Counted from the whole stretch's first letter, positions 35,321 through 50,174 are shown. The stretch is DNA of 63,802 nt, filler included, from Octopus bimaculoides (GCF_001194135.2; 4 parts of 4 records of this genome joined end to end with filler, not necessarily neighbours in it), one strand, 5' to 3'. Translations and numbers: made by a program. Notes: generated by a model not told the origin, from the letters alone.

Positions 35321-36754
35321 ATCTACAGAATTTCAGCAGATTCAGGTATAACAGAAAGAAGAAACAAGTTCCATTCAAACGTTTCAAAATCTTAAATCGA
35401 ACCACATTAGAAATAACAACCACGGAATACGAAACCGTGAACAATAATTCATTCTCTATTGTTTCGTTGCTGTCCATTTAGTCATTCATATTCAGTTATT
35501 CAATGTTGTCCACTAAACAATTCACCATTTCCCCAGTAACAATTTCATAAAGCTAACATTGTATTCGTCATGCCTTGAAGACTAGTTAATGTCTGAAGGA
35601 TTTACACTGATAGTAAGATTCTATAGAGAATGTTAAGGTTATTTTCTGTGTTTTAGATTATATAATCCCATTTAATATTCTTCTCCATGAAATGGCTTCT
35701 GGGAACAGTTTGAATATTAACAACTGTGAACTGTCACTTACTACCATATTTGCCAGCTTATGCATATTTATGTGTTTCGTTCGGGCGTATTTGTATACAC
35801 GTTCAGTGCTTATGTACATGAATAGGTTTTTATATCCAGTTCATATATCTGGCGGTGTTAATGTATGTATGTATGTATGTATGTATGTATGTATATGTGT
35901 GCGAATGTATGTATACATGTGTGAGCGCGTGTGTGTATGTATGTGTGTGTATATATGTGCATGTATGAACGTGTGTGTATGTATGTGTGCATGTATGTGT
36001 GTACGTATGTATGAACGTGTGTGTATGTATCTATGCATGTATGTATGTACGTATGTATGAACGTGTGTGTATGTATATATGCATGTATGAATGTATGTAC
36101 ATGTATTTGAACGTATTATATGTGTGTATGTACATATGTGTGTATGAATACATGCATAAATGCTAAGAGGTAGGTGTATGCATGTCTTTGTGTGTGTTTG
36201 TGTGTGCTTACATATATATATGTAAATATATGTATNNNNNNNNNNNNNNNNNNNNNNNNNNNNNNNNNNNNNNNNNNNNNNNNNNNNNNNNNNNNNNNNN
36301 NNNNNNNNNNNNNNNNNNNNNNNNNNNNNNNNNNNNNNNNNNNNNNNNNNNNNNNNNNNNNNNNNNNNNNNNNNNNNNNNNNNNNNNNNNNNNNNNNNNN
36401 NNNNNNNNNNNNNNNNNNNNNNNNNNNNNNNNNNNNNNNNNNNNNNNNNNNNNNNNNNNNNNNNNNNNNNNNNNNNNNNNNNNNNNNNNNNNNNNNNNNN
36501 NNNNNNNNNNNNNNNNNNNNNNNNNNNNNNNNNNNNNNNNNNNNNNNNNNNNNNNNNNNNNNNNNNNNNNNNNNNNNNNNNNNNNNNNNNNNNNNNNNGA
36601 AAAGTGCATAAACATAATTATGTACGACCCGTTTTCACTCTGCTTGAATGTTTGCACCATGCTTTCGCTAATATTTATAGATACCTATGGACTCACGAAC
36701 AGATAAAGGCACTGTCTGTCTGTCTGTCTCTGTCTCTCAGTCTGTCTGTCTGTC

Positions 36755-36791
<37 letters not shown>

Positions 36792-36854
36792 AACTAGTGG
36801 AGAATGAATAACAAAACTGTTGGAGGCCGAGAAGATTGCTCCAGTTCCCATTTA

Positions 36855-37748
36855 CGAGGTGGTATCAAAAAGTTCCCGGACTAATTCTGCAGTGCGCCAA
36901 CATATGGTAGTATGCGGTAGACCTTTATGAAGCAGAGTGCCGAGTGACATCACTGTGTTTACTTCGTAAGTTGTGAAATTTGTGTGTTTGTGATCACGTG
37001 TATGCTGTAATCTGCGATTTTGTCATGGACAAAAACAAAGAGCCAACGTGAAATTTTGCGTTAAACTTGGGAAGTCTGCTATATGCACATTGGTCATGCT
37101 TCGGCAAGCTGACGGTGACGAGGCAATGGATCGGACGCAATGCTTCGAGTGAGACGGGTGCTTCAAAAGCAGAGAACGTCCCTAGAATACGATGAGCGAT
37201 CTGGAAGAGCTGCTGCGAGCGTCACCCCTGGAAATGTGGTACAATGTATCGAGAATTCGTTACACAGGACCAGATCGACAATCGAGAGTTCTACTACGAC
37301 GCTTTGAAGCGTTTGAGGGAGAATATTCGGCAAAAGCTACCGGATATGAGGCGTGCAAAGAATTGAATCCTTCACGATGACAATGCACCCTGTGACCTCT
37401 CATTACTCGTGAGTTTCTCACGAAAATCAACACAGTATTGCTTCTGCAGATGCCCTGTTCGCCAGATTTCGCACCTGCGAACATCCATCTCTTCCTCAAG
37501 AGGAAAATACAGCTCAAAGGTCTTCGTTTTGAAACTGTCATCGAGATCAGAAGCGAATTGCAGAAGGTCCTTGACTCGTTTACGGAAAATGAGTTCTAGG
37601 CTGGATTCTAAAAGTGGCAGGAACGTTAGGACCAGTGTATTACTGCGCCAGGTGTCTATTACGAAGTAGATGATATTAAAACTTAGGTAAATAAGTAATT
37701 TTCAAAAATTAAACATAATTAGGCTGGGAACCTTTTGATGTCACTTCG
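36855..37748 (+). mobile_element. Mariner transposon, internally deleted, with TIRs and TA TSD
   Basis: TIR CGAGGTGGTATCAAAAAGTTCCCGGACTAATT vs reverse end; TA at 36853-4 and 37749-50; remnants NVKFCVKLGKS, ILHDDNAPC, PCSPDFAP. Confidence 0.9.
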
Positions 37749-38159
37749 TACAGTCGAGTTAAGAGTGTGAAGATCTTTGCTCGAAGACATACAAAACTGT
37801 TTGGTCCAGGAATCGCATTCACAACCTTATGATCAAAAACTAGCTAATCTAATCACTGAGCCATGCACCGTCAGAGAAGACACAGATTATTATAATCTAT
37901 TATGCAGGTGGTCTACACCTTCTGATTGCACTCTAAAAGGAACATCGCTGGAGAAAAGCTTGGTGATAGAATATATCTAAAGTGATACTCCTCAAGTGAA
38001 AAACTTATTGAAAAGAACATTTAACGGAAGCATGTCAGATATTTGAGCATGTGCACGCGCGTGCGTATGTATGTGTGAATGTGTCTATGTATGTGTGTTT
38101 ATGAGTGTGTGTGCGTGTGTGTGTGTGTACGCTACGAAGTCACCCCCACTAATCATACA

Positions 38160-38780
38160 TAAGTGGTCAGATCAATAAGTATCCGGATAGTTGCCATAGT
38201 AACGAAGCTAAGCAAGCAGAGTAAAGCCGCTTGGTATAGATTGACTTTGAACTCTGTTGTACATGTGCACTAAAGTTTAACGTTCTAGCTCACTTCCGCT
38301 ATTTACAGCAGTGTTTAGAAGGAAGGTGTGTATAACGTGTGATCGTCGCATTGACAAAGTTGAGCAGAGAATCTACATCAAATTTTGCCAAAAGTTTGGC
38401 GATACCTGCTCAGAGGCCTACGCAATGTTTTCAAAAAATTTCCATCGTTCTCGACACAATCAAGGAGATCTTGTGCATCTGAAAGCAGTTTTCGCACACA
38501 TTTGGAAGATCTTGAGTGATAATGGACTGAACTGAACCGTAACTAATCTGCACATGCTCTAATAACACAGGGACGGTAATTCGGCGATTTCTCCTCACAG
38601 ATGCACGCTCATCTGCGATGTTTTTCTCAGTTCTGCTAGTTGCTGTTATGTTAAACTGTCGTATGTCCAAATTTGGACAAATGCGTTTTTTTTCAATATT
38701 CATTTTTGTTTGCAATAGCCGGTTCTTTTGCTCTGCTGCTTCAGATGCCAAAATACCAAAATTTGTCAAAGTGTAGTACA
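38160..38780. mobile_element. Rearranged mariner: + strand 5' end joined to - strand HTH segment
   Basis: + strand KVEQRIYIKFCQKFGDTCSEAY; - strand RASVRRNRRITV..VQISYGSVQSIITQDL. Confidence 0.7.
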
Positions 38781-40964
38781 ACAGTTTTCTTATGGAGTGG
38801 TGAAACTATTTTTTCGTATTATGAAAAAGCAAGGTTCTGGACTTACGACACTATTGCACAGCAGCAAAGATATATATATATATATATATGTGTAATGTGT
38901 GGGTGTATGTATGTATATAAGTATGTATGTATGTATGTATGTATGTATGTATGTATGTATGTATGTATGAATGTATGTATGTATGTATGTATGCATGTAT
39001 GTACACGTAATTATTTTCAGGATTTGTTAATCAATAAAAAAACGCGTCTGAAACAGCTGTGGTGAACTATAGCCTATTTATGACGTTACCACCCCACCTC
39101 TCTCTCTCTCTTTCNNNNNNNNNNNNNNNNNNNNNNNNNNNNNNNNNNNNNNNNNNNNNNNNNNNNNNNNNNNNNNNNNNNNNNNNNNNNNNNNNNNNNN
39201 NNNNNNNNNNNNNNNNNNNNNNNNNNNNNNNNNNNNNNNNNNNNNNNNNNNNNNNNNNNNNNNNNNNNNNNNNNNNNNNNNNNNNNNNNNNNNNNNNNNN
39301 NNNNNNNNNNNNNNNNNNNNNNNNNNNNNNNNNNNNNNNNNNNNNNNNNNNNNNNNNNNNNNNNNNNNNNNNNNTATGTATGTATGTATGTATATATATA
39401 TATATATATATATATAACATACATCCAGTGCAGATTCCATTACATACACAATAATATTAACGCTACGAGCACTTGATGTTTTATTTTAGCTCTTTTTTTC
39501 TCCACAGATATTTTACGTATCATATTTTTCTTTTCGCGTTGTACTTTAGCCGTAATGGCGGTTAATTAATGTATTCTTGGAGATGAAATTGTCCAAAGGG
39601 TAGCATCAGATCTAAAGAGGAAACGGATGCAACTCCTACGTTCACTGATTTTGCGATAAAGCAGTTCAGTTTAAAACAAATTAACCCCCCAAAACACACG
39701 CACACATGCACACACACCCACACACATACGATGCGTGTATGTATGCTTGTGTGTATGCATATATGCATGTATATATGTATATATATGTTTGTTTGTGTGT
39801 GCGTGTCACACATATACAAACACATATCCATACACACACAGGTATACATGTAACTGTGCGTGCGCTAGCACTCACACACTCTCACACACACATATATTTC
39901 TATCGAAATGAATGAAGACACTTACATGCATTCATGCACGAGTTCAAATAAGTGTATGTACTGTGTGCGCACATCTATCTGCGTGTGTATATTTGCGTGT
40001 ATGTGCGCATCTATGTATGCATGTATGTATGCATGCGTGCATGTATGTACGTACGTATTTATGTATGCATGTATGTATGTATATATATATATATATATAT
40101 ATNNNNNNNNNNNNNNNNNNNNNNNNNNNNNNNNNNNNNNNNNNNNNNNNNNNNNNNNNNNNNNNNNNNNNNNNNNNNNNNNNNNNNNNNNNNNNNNNNN
40201 NNNNNNNNNNNNNNNNNNNNNNNNNNNNNNNNNNNNNNNNNNNNNNNNNNNNNNNNNNNNNNNNNNNNNNNNNNNNNNNNNNNNNNNNNNNNNNNNNNNN
40301 NNNNNNNNNNNNNNNNNNNNNNNNNNNNNNNNNNNNNNNNNNNNNNNNNNNNNNNNNNNNNNNNNNNNNNNNNNNNNNNNNNNNNNNNNNNNNNNNNNNN
40401 NNNNNNNNNNNNNNNNNNNNNNNNNNNNNNNATCGTATTGTACTGTATATTTAAAAATTATTTTTATGATTTGTATATATTTATTCTGCAAAACAGCACC
40501 GCGGTGGAATTGATGTAAGCTTAAATAATTAACCGCGATAGGTGAACCACGATATGGCGAGGGTTTTTTTGTACACCTGTCTTCGTCTTTTGTGTTTCTC
40601 TGTAAATTTTAACTATATTTAATATAATATAATATAATATAATATAATATAATATAATATATATATACATATACACACACAGATATAGATATATATGTGT
40701 ATATATATATTTATGCATATATATATACATACACACACACATGAATACGTACATGCATACATACGTACGGACGTACGAACGTACACACATGCATGCATAC
40801 ATAGATACGTGCATACATACATGCATGCATACATACACACATGCATACACACATACATACATGCATGCATGCTTACATACATAAATATATACATTCATGA
40901 ATGCACACATACATAGACACATGCATACATACATACAAACGTAAAAGTAGTAAAATACATTCTT

Positions 40965-41180
40965 TTCTTATTTTGGCACAAGGCTAGCAATTCCAAGGCA
41001 AGAATTAATTCGATTTCATCGACCTCAGTGCTCATCTAGTACTTTCTTTTCATCGACTTCGAAAAGTCCCAACAGCGAAGTCGACCACAGAAGATTTTGA
41101 ACTCAAAACGTAAAGACAGACGAAATACTGCAAATCATGCTGTTCGGAATGCTAAAGGTTCTCTCAGCTGGTCGCCTTAT
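40965..41180 (-). mobile_element. SINE family A
   Basis: Tail, core and B box recognisable. Confidence 0.8.
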
Positions 41181-41384
41181 TAGTTGGAAAGTATACTGAA
41201 TGTGCATAGCTCGAATAATATCTACCGAAGAACTCAATACAGTGGATGTAGTGAGTAAATATGTTTATTATATCATGAAGTTGACATTCTACTGGGGTCT
41301 TCACGCACATGGGCATCAAATTATGATAACATAAATATAACATTCTACTTTACCCAGCCCATGGAGTTTTGCTGAGTTAATATT

Positions 41385-41615
41385 AAGGCTGAGTACTGGA
41401 GTCGATGTAATCGATCTACTTCCTCCCTCCGAAATCTCAGGGCTTGTGCCTATAGTGGAAAAGAATATATAAGCTACTTTATTCCACCGAGGCCGAGTTA
41501 GACTTTAATCCTTCAGGATCGATAAAAAAATGTACCAGTTGAAAACTGAAGTCTATGTAATCGACTTATCCCCCCATCCAAATTTGCTGGCCTTGTGCCA
41601 GAATCTGAAACCAAT
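41385..41615 (+). mobile_element. Two tandem SINE family A 3' fragments
   Basis: gtcgatgtaatcga..ggcttgtgcc twice. Confidence 0.7.
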
Positions 41616-42049
41616 ATATAGTTTACTTTGTCTTGTTATAAAAAAATTCTTCCAATATATGTCACGTATAAAATTTCACCTCGGGTCATTTTTAGTCAAT
41701 TACTGAAGTTTTCAGGTATTTTTACTTTATGAAGAAAGTGATCTCTAATAGAAACTTATGTGTGTCAACAGAAAGAAAATAGAAAACAAAAACACCCAAT
41801 ACATGACAATATTATCTTTGACTATGCTTTTTTAGCTCAATTTTCTTNNNNNNNNNNNNNNNNNNNNNNNNNNNNNNNNNNNNNNNNNNNNNNNNNNNNN
41901 NNNNNNNNNNNNNNNNNNNNNNNNNNNNNNNNNNNNNNNNNNNNNNNNNNNNNNNNNNNNNNNNNNNNNNNNNNNNNNNNNNNNNNNNNNNNNNNNTATG
42001 TATATATCATTAAAACTAAGAAACAGTATCCTCCGCTCATCACTTACCA

Positions 42050-42360
42050 CTAACTTTCTGCCACCCACGGGAAAATACACTCGATGAACCGGTTTCATCA
42101 GACTCGCCGCCCTCGCTCACTCTTGTCTCGCTCACTCTTGTCTCGCTCACTCTAAATTATTTTGCACGCTTATTTCTGTTCATAACACAATTCATCTGAA
42201 ACTATCTTACCATCACTTCAAATATTCCACCCAATCCCCGTTCATCTGTTCCTCTTCTCGAATTGTTAACCAGACACTATTTAATTGAAATATCAACTGT
42301 ATTAACCGCCCACACCATCACGAATAAACTGCCTGCGTAAGCGCACAAAGAGGTGGAGAT
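42050..42360 (-). repeat. Possible Penelope-like terminal repeat with 15-bp tandem unit (42112-42153) and collapsed hammerhead
   Basis: Minus strand CUGAUGAAACCGGUU: CUGAUGA overlapping GAAA-CCGG-UU, with no stem II. Confidence 0.3.
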
Positions 42361-43559
42361 AATCGTGAGTGTATAGTAAGTAAGTCAGATGGATCTCGGT
42401 CGGTTTCATCGATGAAGATTTCGTTGTTGCATTCAACTGAACTCCCCGCTCATTGAATGAGTATGTAAGGAGCTGCGTACTTCACTGAGATGAGCACCGT
42501 AAATATAATCCTCACGTAGAATAAGTGTTAATCAGTGTGACAAGATTAGAGCTCTTTAAGTTAGAGGTGCAATCCATTTGACAGGCTTGAGCACAGTTTC
42601 TTCTCCCCAATATCATTCAGTGTTTCGTGTTGATCCTTGGTTATTAGAGAAGACACCTAAACTGGAAGCTTATTATTGTGAAGCGAATTTTGATCATGCT
42701 GCACCAATAGGCCTTTGATGGCAATAAAGACACACTCAGATTTGTTCACAGGGGTACGAAAGTGTAATTAAAATGCAATGAGAATGCAGCTTATCCAGAG
42801 TTGCCATTCGCATGACTAACAAAAACTAAGTCAATGGTAGTACATTTAATGTAATGTATAACAATACTGCAACGAATTAAAATCATACTTTTAATGAGGA
42901 AAGTAAAAACATAAAGTCAATGACGAATGTTGGTCAAGACAAAGGGTTGAAAACTCCGTAATTTTTATTAATTAGAATAATAACTCTACACGGAGGACTA
43001 ATTAATTGTAATTAAGTATGATTTTTGTTTAGTTCGGAAACAAGTTTGGTCATATTCTGGTCGTATTAGACCACCTCACTGATTTTTAATGGTATTAAGA
43101 TGCCGAGGAGAAAACAAAATGGCTATCAAACAAACGTAAAGATTTCTGAACCGTTGATCGGCATCTAGAAACACTAGCCAAAACGCCTACAGCTTACTCT
43201 CTACTGTCTCTAAAACTGTAGATGATTTCGTGTAATCGAAAGGAAAGGAAAAGAAAAGAAATATATTAAAACGTGATGGTTACGACTGGAACATCTTTGA
43301 TCAAAACTCGACTCAATGAAGGCTAAAAAATAACAGAGACAACAATAACGACGACAACAACAACAACAACAACAACAACAATACTAACAGCAACAGCAAC
43401 AGGAATGGTAACAACAACGACAGCAAGACTATCATTAGTGACAGGAATAACAATAACAACAGATAATACTTTTATGTGAGAACGCTCGTGCACGTCCAAA
43501 TTAATAAATATGAGTTATTGAAAATGATGTCGATCATTTTCAACGACAATGAAAATAAA

Positions 43560-43880
43560 AGCATTAAGAACATCTCCCAAATCGTTGTAGCCTTCCGTAC
43601 AACTATATACAAGGCCGACATTACGGATTGAAGGGAACAACAAAAACTTACATTGGAATGACGGGTTACAACTTTAAAGAGATATATATGCATCATTTGG
43701 CTTCTTTCAGAGATAAAAGCAAAAGACATACAACATCTTTATCCAATATGGTATGGACATTTAATGAGAGGATCGTGAGCAAGCCCTATATAAACAGGAG
43801 TATTAAAACCAAGGCCAGCAAATACGGCAACGGGGCAGCAAATGGGAACTCTACATTACCGAAAAACTAAATATTATAAC
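43560..43880 (+). pseudogene. Penelope-like element GIY-YIG endonuclease fragment
   Basis: TIYKADIT..KTYIGMTGYNFKEIYMHHLASFRDKSKRHTTSLSNMVW matches the PLE GIY-YIG pattern. Confidence 0.75.
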
Positions 43881-44713
43881 GTCAACAGTGAACGTTTAAA
43901 ATGTTAGAGAAATAATATCCCCCCCCCCCAACGAAACAATTCATATTTCGTAATTTCAAGCATGATCTCTCCACCCACTTTTCCACTCCACTTTTCCTAT
44001 CAGTTTCCTCCCATGATCTATATATTTATTTATCCCGAAATTCCGTACCGTCTCGTACAGTTTTGTGCTTTCTCATCCAAAATGGAGTCAAGTACCAGCG
44101 TTGCCATGCATCAGGGTTGATAATTGTCTAGAGATTCTTTTTTACATAAATCCGTTGGTAGCCTTGTTAATCCACAAGTAAATGTGTCTGTGTATGTGTG
44201 TGTGTGTATATATGCATGTATACATGTTTAGATATATATACATGTATATATATATATATATATATAATATAATGTATGTATATATATATATATATATANN
44301 NNNNNNNNNNNNNNNNNNNNNNNNNNNNNNNNNNNNNNNNNNNNNNNNNNNNNNNNNNNNNNNNNNNNNNNNNNNNNNNNNNNNNNNNNNNNNNNNNNNN
44401 NNNCGTATATATATTTATATATGTATATATGTTTAGACACAAACACACACATGCATATTTACAAATACCTACATTCATATATGCATATAAGTCTGTGTGT
44501 GTGTATATATATATATATGTACATATTTGTGTATTTATATAGTTACACATATACGTGCGCGCGCGTGCGAAAACATACACACACACACACACAACCATAT
44601 ATATGTATTAAATGTGTCAACGAACCTCTCCTTAATGTGGTAGGTGGTTAATAGTCTTACCGCAATGTTTGTTAACCAAACACATACAACCGAGCTGCAT
44701 CGCACACACACAC

Positions 44714-44758
<45 letters not shown>

Positions 44759-44936
44759 TCTATACAAGATTTTGTGACCTCCTACCGCTGTTGGAAGCCT
44801 CCTTGACATTTTTTCATCTGCTGCAAGTAAACATGCAGAAATATACAACACATGTGCACAGAGAAACTCATAAAAGATTTCTCTGTTTCTTATTTATAAC
44901 ATAGAAAACATATACACACACACTGACATACAAACA

Positions 44937-45014
<78 letters not shown>

Positions 45015-45599
45015 GACATAGTAGTGGATTCGCCGTCGTTGTTTACGATCATCACTGTGTTGTTCAAGTACCTGAGTATTCTACAGACACGTGGACTCAT
45101 AACGCCTCGACGCTAACTTTCAGACCAGTCAGTAGGATGCAGCACGTGTCAGGTACGGCTTTTTATATTACAGACACACATCAAACAAACGCATTCACAC
45201 ACTTACACGCACATATGTATTATGTACAATATAGTGATAATCGGATGAACTGAAATATGTTTAAACATTATAACACTTTATTGTGGGTTAAATAATAATG
45301 TAAATATATTCTTTCTATTTTATTGATGTATGGAGAAAAGGAGGGAGGGAATCTCCACACGGATTGTTTCACTGAATTTTGACTGGTCCATAGAGGATGC
45401 GCACCTGGCGTCTTTCTCAAATCAATAGCATCTATCAGCTTCTATATAAAACAGTCATAAATTAGTCTAGCACCACGATAGATTGCTTAATTTGATTATT
45501 TGAGTTTTGGAAACTCGTCAGTTGTTAAATAGTATCCATCTTATGCACAACAGAGCGCAAATCAGGAGTGAAATGAAGTTTAATATTACATAGCTTCAT

Positions 45600-45970
45600 T
45601 GCAAGAGAGAGAGAGAGAGAGAAAGAGAGAGATCGAAAAAGCGAGAGAGAATAGGAGAGGAGGGAGAGTAGGCGAGGAGAGAGAGTAGGAGAGGAGAGAG
45701 AGTAGGAGAGGAGGGAGAGTAAGAAAGGAGAGAGAGTAGGAGAGTAGGAAAGGCGGAGAGGAGAGAGAGTAGGAGAGAGAGGGAGGGAAAGAAGAAGAGA
45801 GAGGAGGAGAGAGGTGGAGTTAGAAGGAGAGAGATGGAGTTAGAGGGAGAGAGAAAAAGACAGCAAGGGAGAGAGGTGGAGAAAGACGGAGAGAAGTGGA
45901 GGGAGGGAGAAAGAAAGTAAGAGGGGAGGAAGGGAAATAGAGGGTGAGAAGGAGGTGGGGAGAAAGTAGA
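45600..45970. repeat. Purine-rich GA minisatellite (ggagagagtaggagag-like units)
   Basis: Direct reading. Confidence 0.9.
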
Positions 45971-46289
45971 CGAATCGTTTTCTTTGTTTATCGACTTTTT
46001 GTTTATCAAAATAATGAAAAATAAACGTCGTCATTTGAAGACCAGCTGAAATATGGCAACTGTTTCTTAAATGCGTGCATGAGTGCATGTTTGTGCGGTA
46101 GTGGTGGTGGTCGGATCCTAACTCCCGAAGAACCTGTGAAAATTGAAAAAAGGAGTCGCGAAAATGATCAAATTAAATAAAGTTTGAGATGCTTTTAAAC
46201 TTCTTATAATTTGTCAATGACCGTGTCGAATAAAGATTAATTGTATGAACGCAATTTGAATGTTGTTTCTCTCATTAATAAAGCGGAAG

Positions 46290-46690
46290 ACGAAGGCGGG
46301 GAGCTATCAGACTCGTTACCGCACCGAGCAAATTGCTTGGCTGCATTTCGTCCGCCATTACATTCTGAGTTCAAATTCCACCTTTCATCCCTTTGTGGTC
46401 GATAAAATAAGTACCAGTTGAACATTGGGGTCTATCTAATCGACTTTCGCCAATCTCATAAATTACTGTACCAAAATTTGAAGTAAGTTTATTCGTAGAC
46501 GGTTAGGCTTAGCGGCATTGCGTCCGTCTTTACGTTCTGAGTTCAAATTCCGCCATGGTCGATTTTGCCTTTCATCCTTTCTGGTCGATAAAAATAAATA
46601 TCTGCTGGGGACTGGGGTTGATTTAATCGACTTACTTCCATTCACCATCGCTGAACTTGCTGGCCTTGCCCCAAAATTTAAAACCAATAT
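46290..46690 (+). mobile_element. Two tandem SINE family A copies (46290-46485, 46505-46690)
   Basis: Core and B box in both; the second starts inside the head hairpin. Confidence 0.85.
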
Positions 46691-47393
46691 AGAGGAAGAT
46701 GAGTCGAATTACCAGAACCGTTACCAGAACCGTTATATCATCGGACAAAATGATTTGCGGCGTTTCTTATGGCTGTTTGTTGCGTTCTAGTTCAAATCTC
46801 ACTCGTATCAATTTTAACTTTTATTATTCCTAGATCTATGAAGGCAGCGAGTTATCCTGACGCACAGAACCACGCGTTTTCACATGTGTGTGTCTGTATA
46901 TGTGTGTGTCTGTATATGTGTGTGTATTTGTGTATGTACCCCTGTATCCTTGTGTGTGTTTGTGTATGGGTTTGCGTGACTATGTATGTGCGTCTGTTAT
47001 GTATGGATGTGTGTTTCCTTACGTGTCCTTGTGTGAAGTGTGCGTGTGTGTATATAGTCATGTTTCAGACTTCATTTGTATGTATGTATGCATGTATGCA
47101 TGTATGTATGTGTGTATGTGCGTGCATGTCTGTCCGTATTATCTATGTACCTATCTATCTATATATCTACCTGTCCATATGCATATCCATTTACTTACAC
47201 ACACACACACACAAACATATATATAAATATATACATACATACATACATACACGCACACACACTCACATATGCGTATCCATTTACCTACACACACACACAC
47301 ACACACACACTTATATATAAATATATATATACATACATACACGCACACACGCTCACATACACACGCCTGCACAACGGCCTACTAACAACGCTG

Positions 47394-47438
<45 letters not shown>

Positions 47439-48244
47439 TTATCTATCTATCTATTTATTTATCTATCTATGTCTATATGTCTGTCTGTTTATCTGTCTTG
47501 CATGGTATATACATATAAATACATATTTAAAAAGTCGTCAGGCGAAACTTGAGCACCAGTCAGCTTGAAGTTCATGTACACACACACATACACACACACA
47601 CTTCTTCCCACACGGCCACTCACTCTCCCACTATCTGCCTCCCTCCCTCTCTCTTCCTCCCTCCCTCTCTCTTCCTCCTTCTCTCCTTCTCTCTCCCACC
47701 CTCTCTCCCTCTCTCCCTCACATACACACAGACATACACCCCTCACCACACATTCCCCACAGCAGTCTCAATTACTTGACCAAGGCAGAAAATGGTGGAA
47801 AACAGACCGGAGTTGATAAATAATTGAACTAATGAGGATGCAAAACTGGCGCCTTGTTGCGTTCGTCACCGTGTCGAAATATTTGGGTAAAGGAGATATA
47901 AAGAGAAATAAATAAAAGTAAATGATGGTGAGTGGTGAAGGTCAAGCCTGGAGTCGTAGTGGGGATAGCATTTATTTAATACTGACAGAATATATGACGA
48001 GGAGGAAATTAAATGGCGCATATAACTGTGATATTGTCTGTGTCGGCAAGTGTGTTGACTTATGTGCTCGCATGTGCATACGTCCGTACGTACGAATGTA
48101 TGTATGTATGTATGTATGTATGTATGTATGTATGTATGTATGTATGTATGTGTGTGTGTGTATGTATGTATGTATGTATGTATGAACCTGGATATATGGA
48201 AATTGATGTATACATATATATCTATATATCTAAATCAATATCAA

Positions 48245-48292
<48 letters not shown>

Positions 48293-48342
48293 CCTACTTA
48301 TCCTTTCATCTCCCTTCTCTCTGGATATATATGTATGTATGT

Positions 48343-48520
48343 ATTCTTTTATTATTTTGTTTCAGTCGTTTTGACTGCAGCCATGCACTGTTTTAGTCGA
48401 TCAGATCGGACCCAGGACTTATTCTTTGTAAGCCTAGTACTTAATCTATTGGTCCCTGTTAACGAACCGCTAGATAGCTGGGACGTAAACGCACCAGCAT
48501 CAGTTAACGAGCGATGGTGG
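48343..48520 (-). mobile_element. SINE family D
   Basis: Reverse complement of 14316-14540 plus tail. Confidence 0.75.
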
Positions 48521-49431
48521 CTGACACAAACACAGACACACAAACGTATATATATATATATATATATATGAGTGGCACCAGGTAGGTGGGGGCCAGGTTA
48601 AAAAGTAAAAGTTCTACCCAGATGGCTCGGTGTCTGTCTCTTGACATGATTCATATATAATATTTTAAAACTTGTCTTGGTAAAATTCATTTTTTATAAT
48701 CTCATCCGTAATTTCATTCGGACATTTTTAATCGTGTAAAGCTTCGTCACCCTTTATGTTTGTCCTTGTTTGTCCCCTCTTTTAAATGCCTAAATGGCAA
48801 ATTATATGAAATAAAGAAACTTGTTTCCCAACCACATATCTTCGGGTTCGGTCCCACTACATGGTACTTTGGGCAACGTTGAACAGGTTGACCAACTGAT
48901 TTTCATCGATTTTCAACAGCAGAGAAAGAGACGAACGGATTACATTGTCAAATATATTACGTTGTAAAAAAACAGGTAAGATGTCGACGATTCGCAAAGT
49001 TTTTCCTTTATCGAAACCAGACGTGGAAGAGAGGATATATAAGGACACAAACACACGCATACACACCCATACTCTCACACAAACACAACCCGCACACCCA
49101 TACTCACAGACAAACACACCCACACAATGCACACACACTCAACGCTCGCACGCGCGCGCGCACACACACACACACTCATATAGAAAGTCTAAGAAAAAAC
49201 GGATGTGCGGTTACGGCCGGGAAAAAATCGATAATCTTATTTTCTAGACACGTTTTTTTCTCCACACAAACTGAACTAAACGTCTAATAAGTAATTTAAA
49301 TTAGTGACGAGGTTAAGGTGTTGCTTCCGGCAAATGAAAAATGAACTCTGTGACGTCTCAATTCCTGTCTGTCTTTGTCTAAGCAGTCAGCATACATACA
49401 AAAATACATAAATTTACTAANNNNNNNNNNN

Positions 49432-49580
49432 CAGTCAAAGAACTACTGATTTCAAAACTACAAATTATTACTCTAGATTGATAGCGATATTTTTGATACA
49501 CACAGAACGTGTGTATCAAAAATATCGCTATCAATCTGGAGTAATAATTTGTAGTTTTGAAATCAGTAGTTCTTTGACTG
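49432..49580. repeat. 72-bp-arm palindrome with 5-nt loop
   Basis: 49432-49503 vs 49509-49580, one T/G mismatch; starts right after an 11-N gap. Confidence 0.9.
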
Positions 49581-50174
49581 CTATTTCTGAATTCTCAGTA
49601 TGTTGGAGAAGCAGATTACTGTCAATCCCTATATATTTATGATTATAAATGTTATATATATATATATATAGACAGAAGTATATTCTCTTTATGAATATGT
49701 CTGGATAAATAGGGGTACATGGAGATAAGGGGATAGGTAAAATATAAGGCTGATGGATTGAGTGATTGATGCATAACGCATACATGCGCATATTATGCAT
49801 GTGTGGTCTGATATGTATAGATATATGGCTGAAAGCTATGCCAAAGGAAAGTGTAAAATGGCCAGAATGAGTTTGTGTGTATGGGGGTTGCTTGTGTGTC
49901 TGTCCGTGTGCGTCCGTGTGCGTCCGTGTGTGGGTGTGTCCATGTCTGTGTGTGCGTATGTGTGTGTGTGAGTGTGTATGTGTGTGTGTGTATGTGTGTG
50001 TGTATGTGTGTGTGTATGTGTGTGTGTGTAAAATATATGTTAATGAAGTTGATGCGGTTGTAGACATATATATATATATATATATGGGAGAATATACAAA
50101 TAATAACAACAGACGAGGACAGGTGGTGTAAATAACAAAAGGATGTATTAGTATGACGCTCGGGAATACGGAAA

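Noticed and set aside
35655-35830. Splice-acceptor-like ttctgtgttttag (also ttttttctccacag near 39508 and caggtaag near 48972) as host exons
   Set aside because: No matching donor/acceptor pair and no recognisable protein; such motifs are expected by chance in AT-rich DNA.
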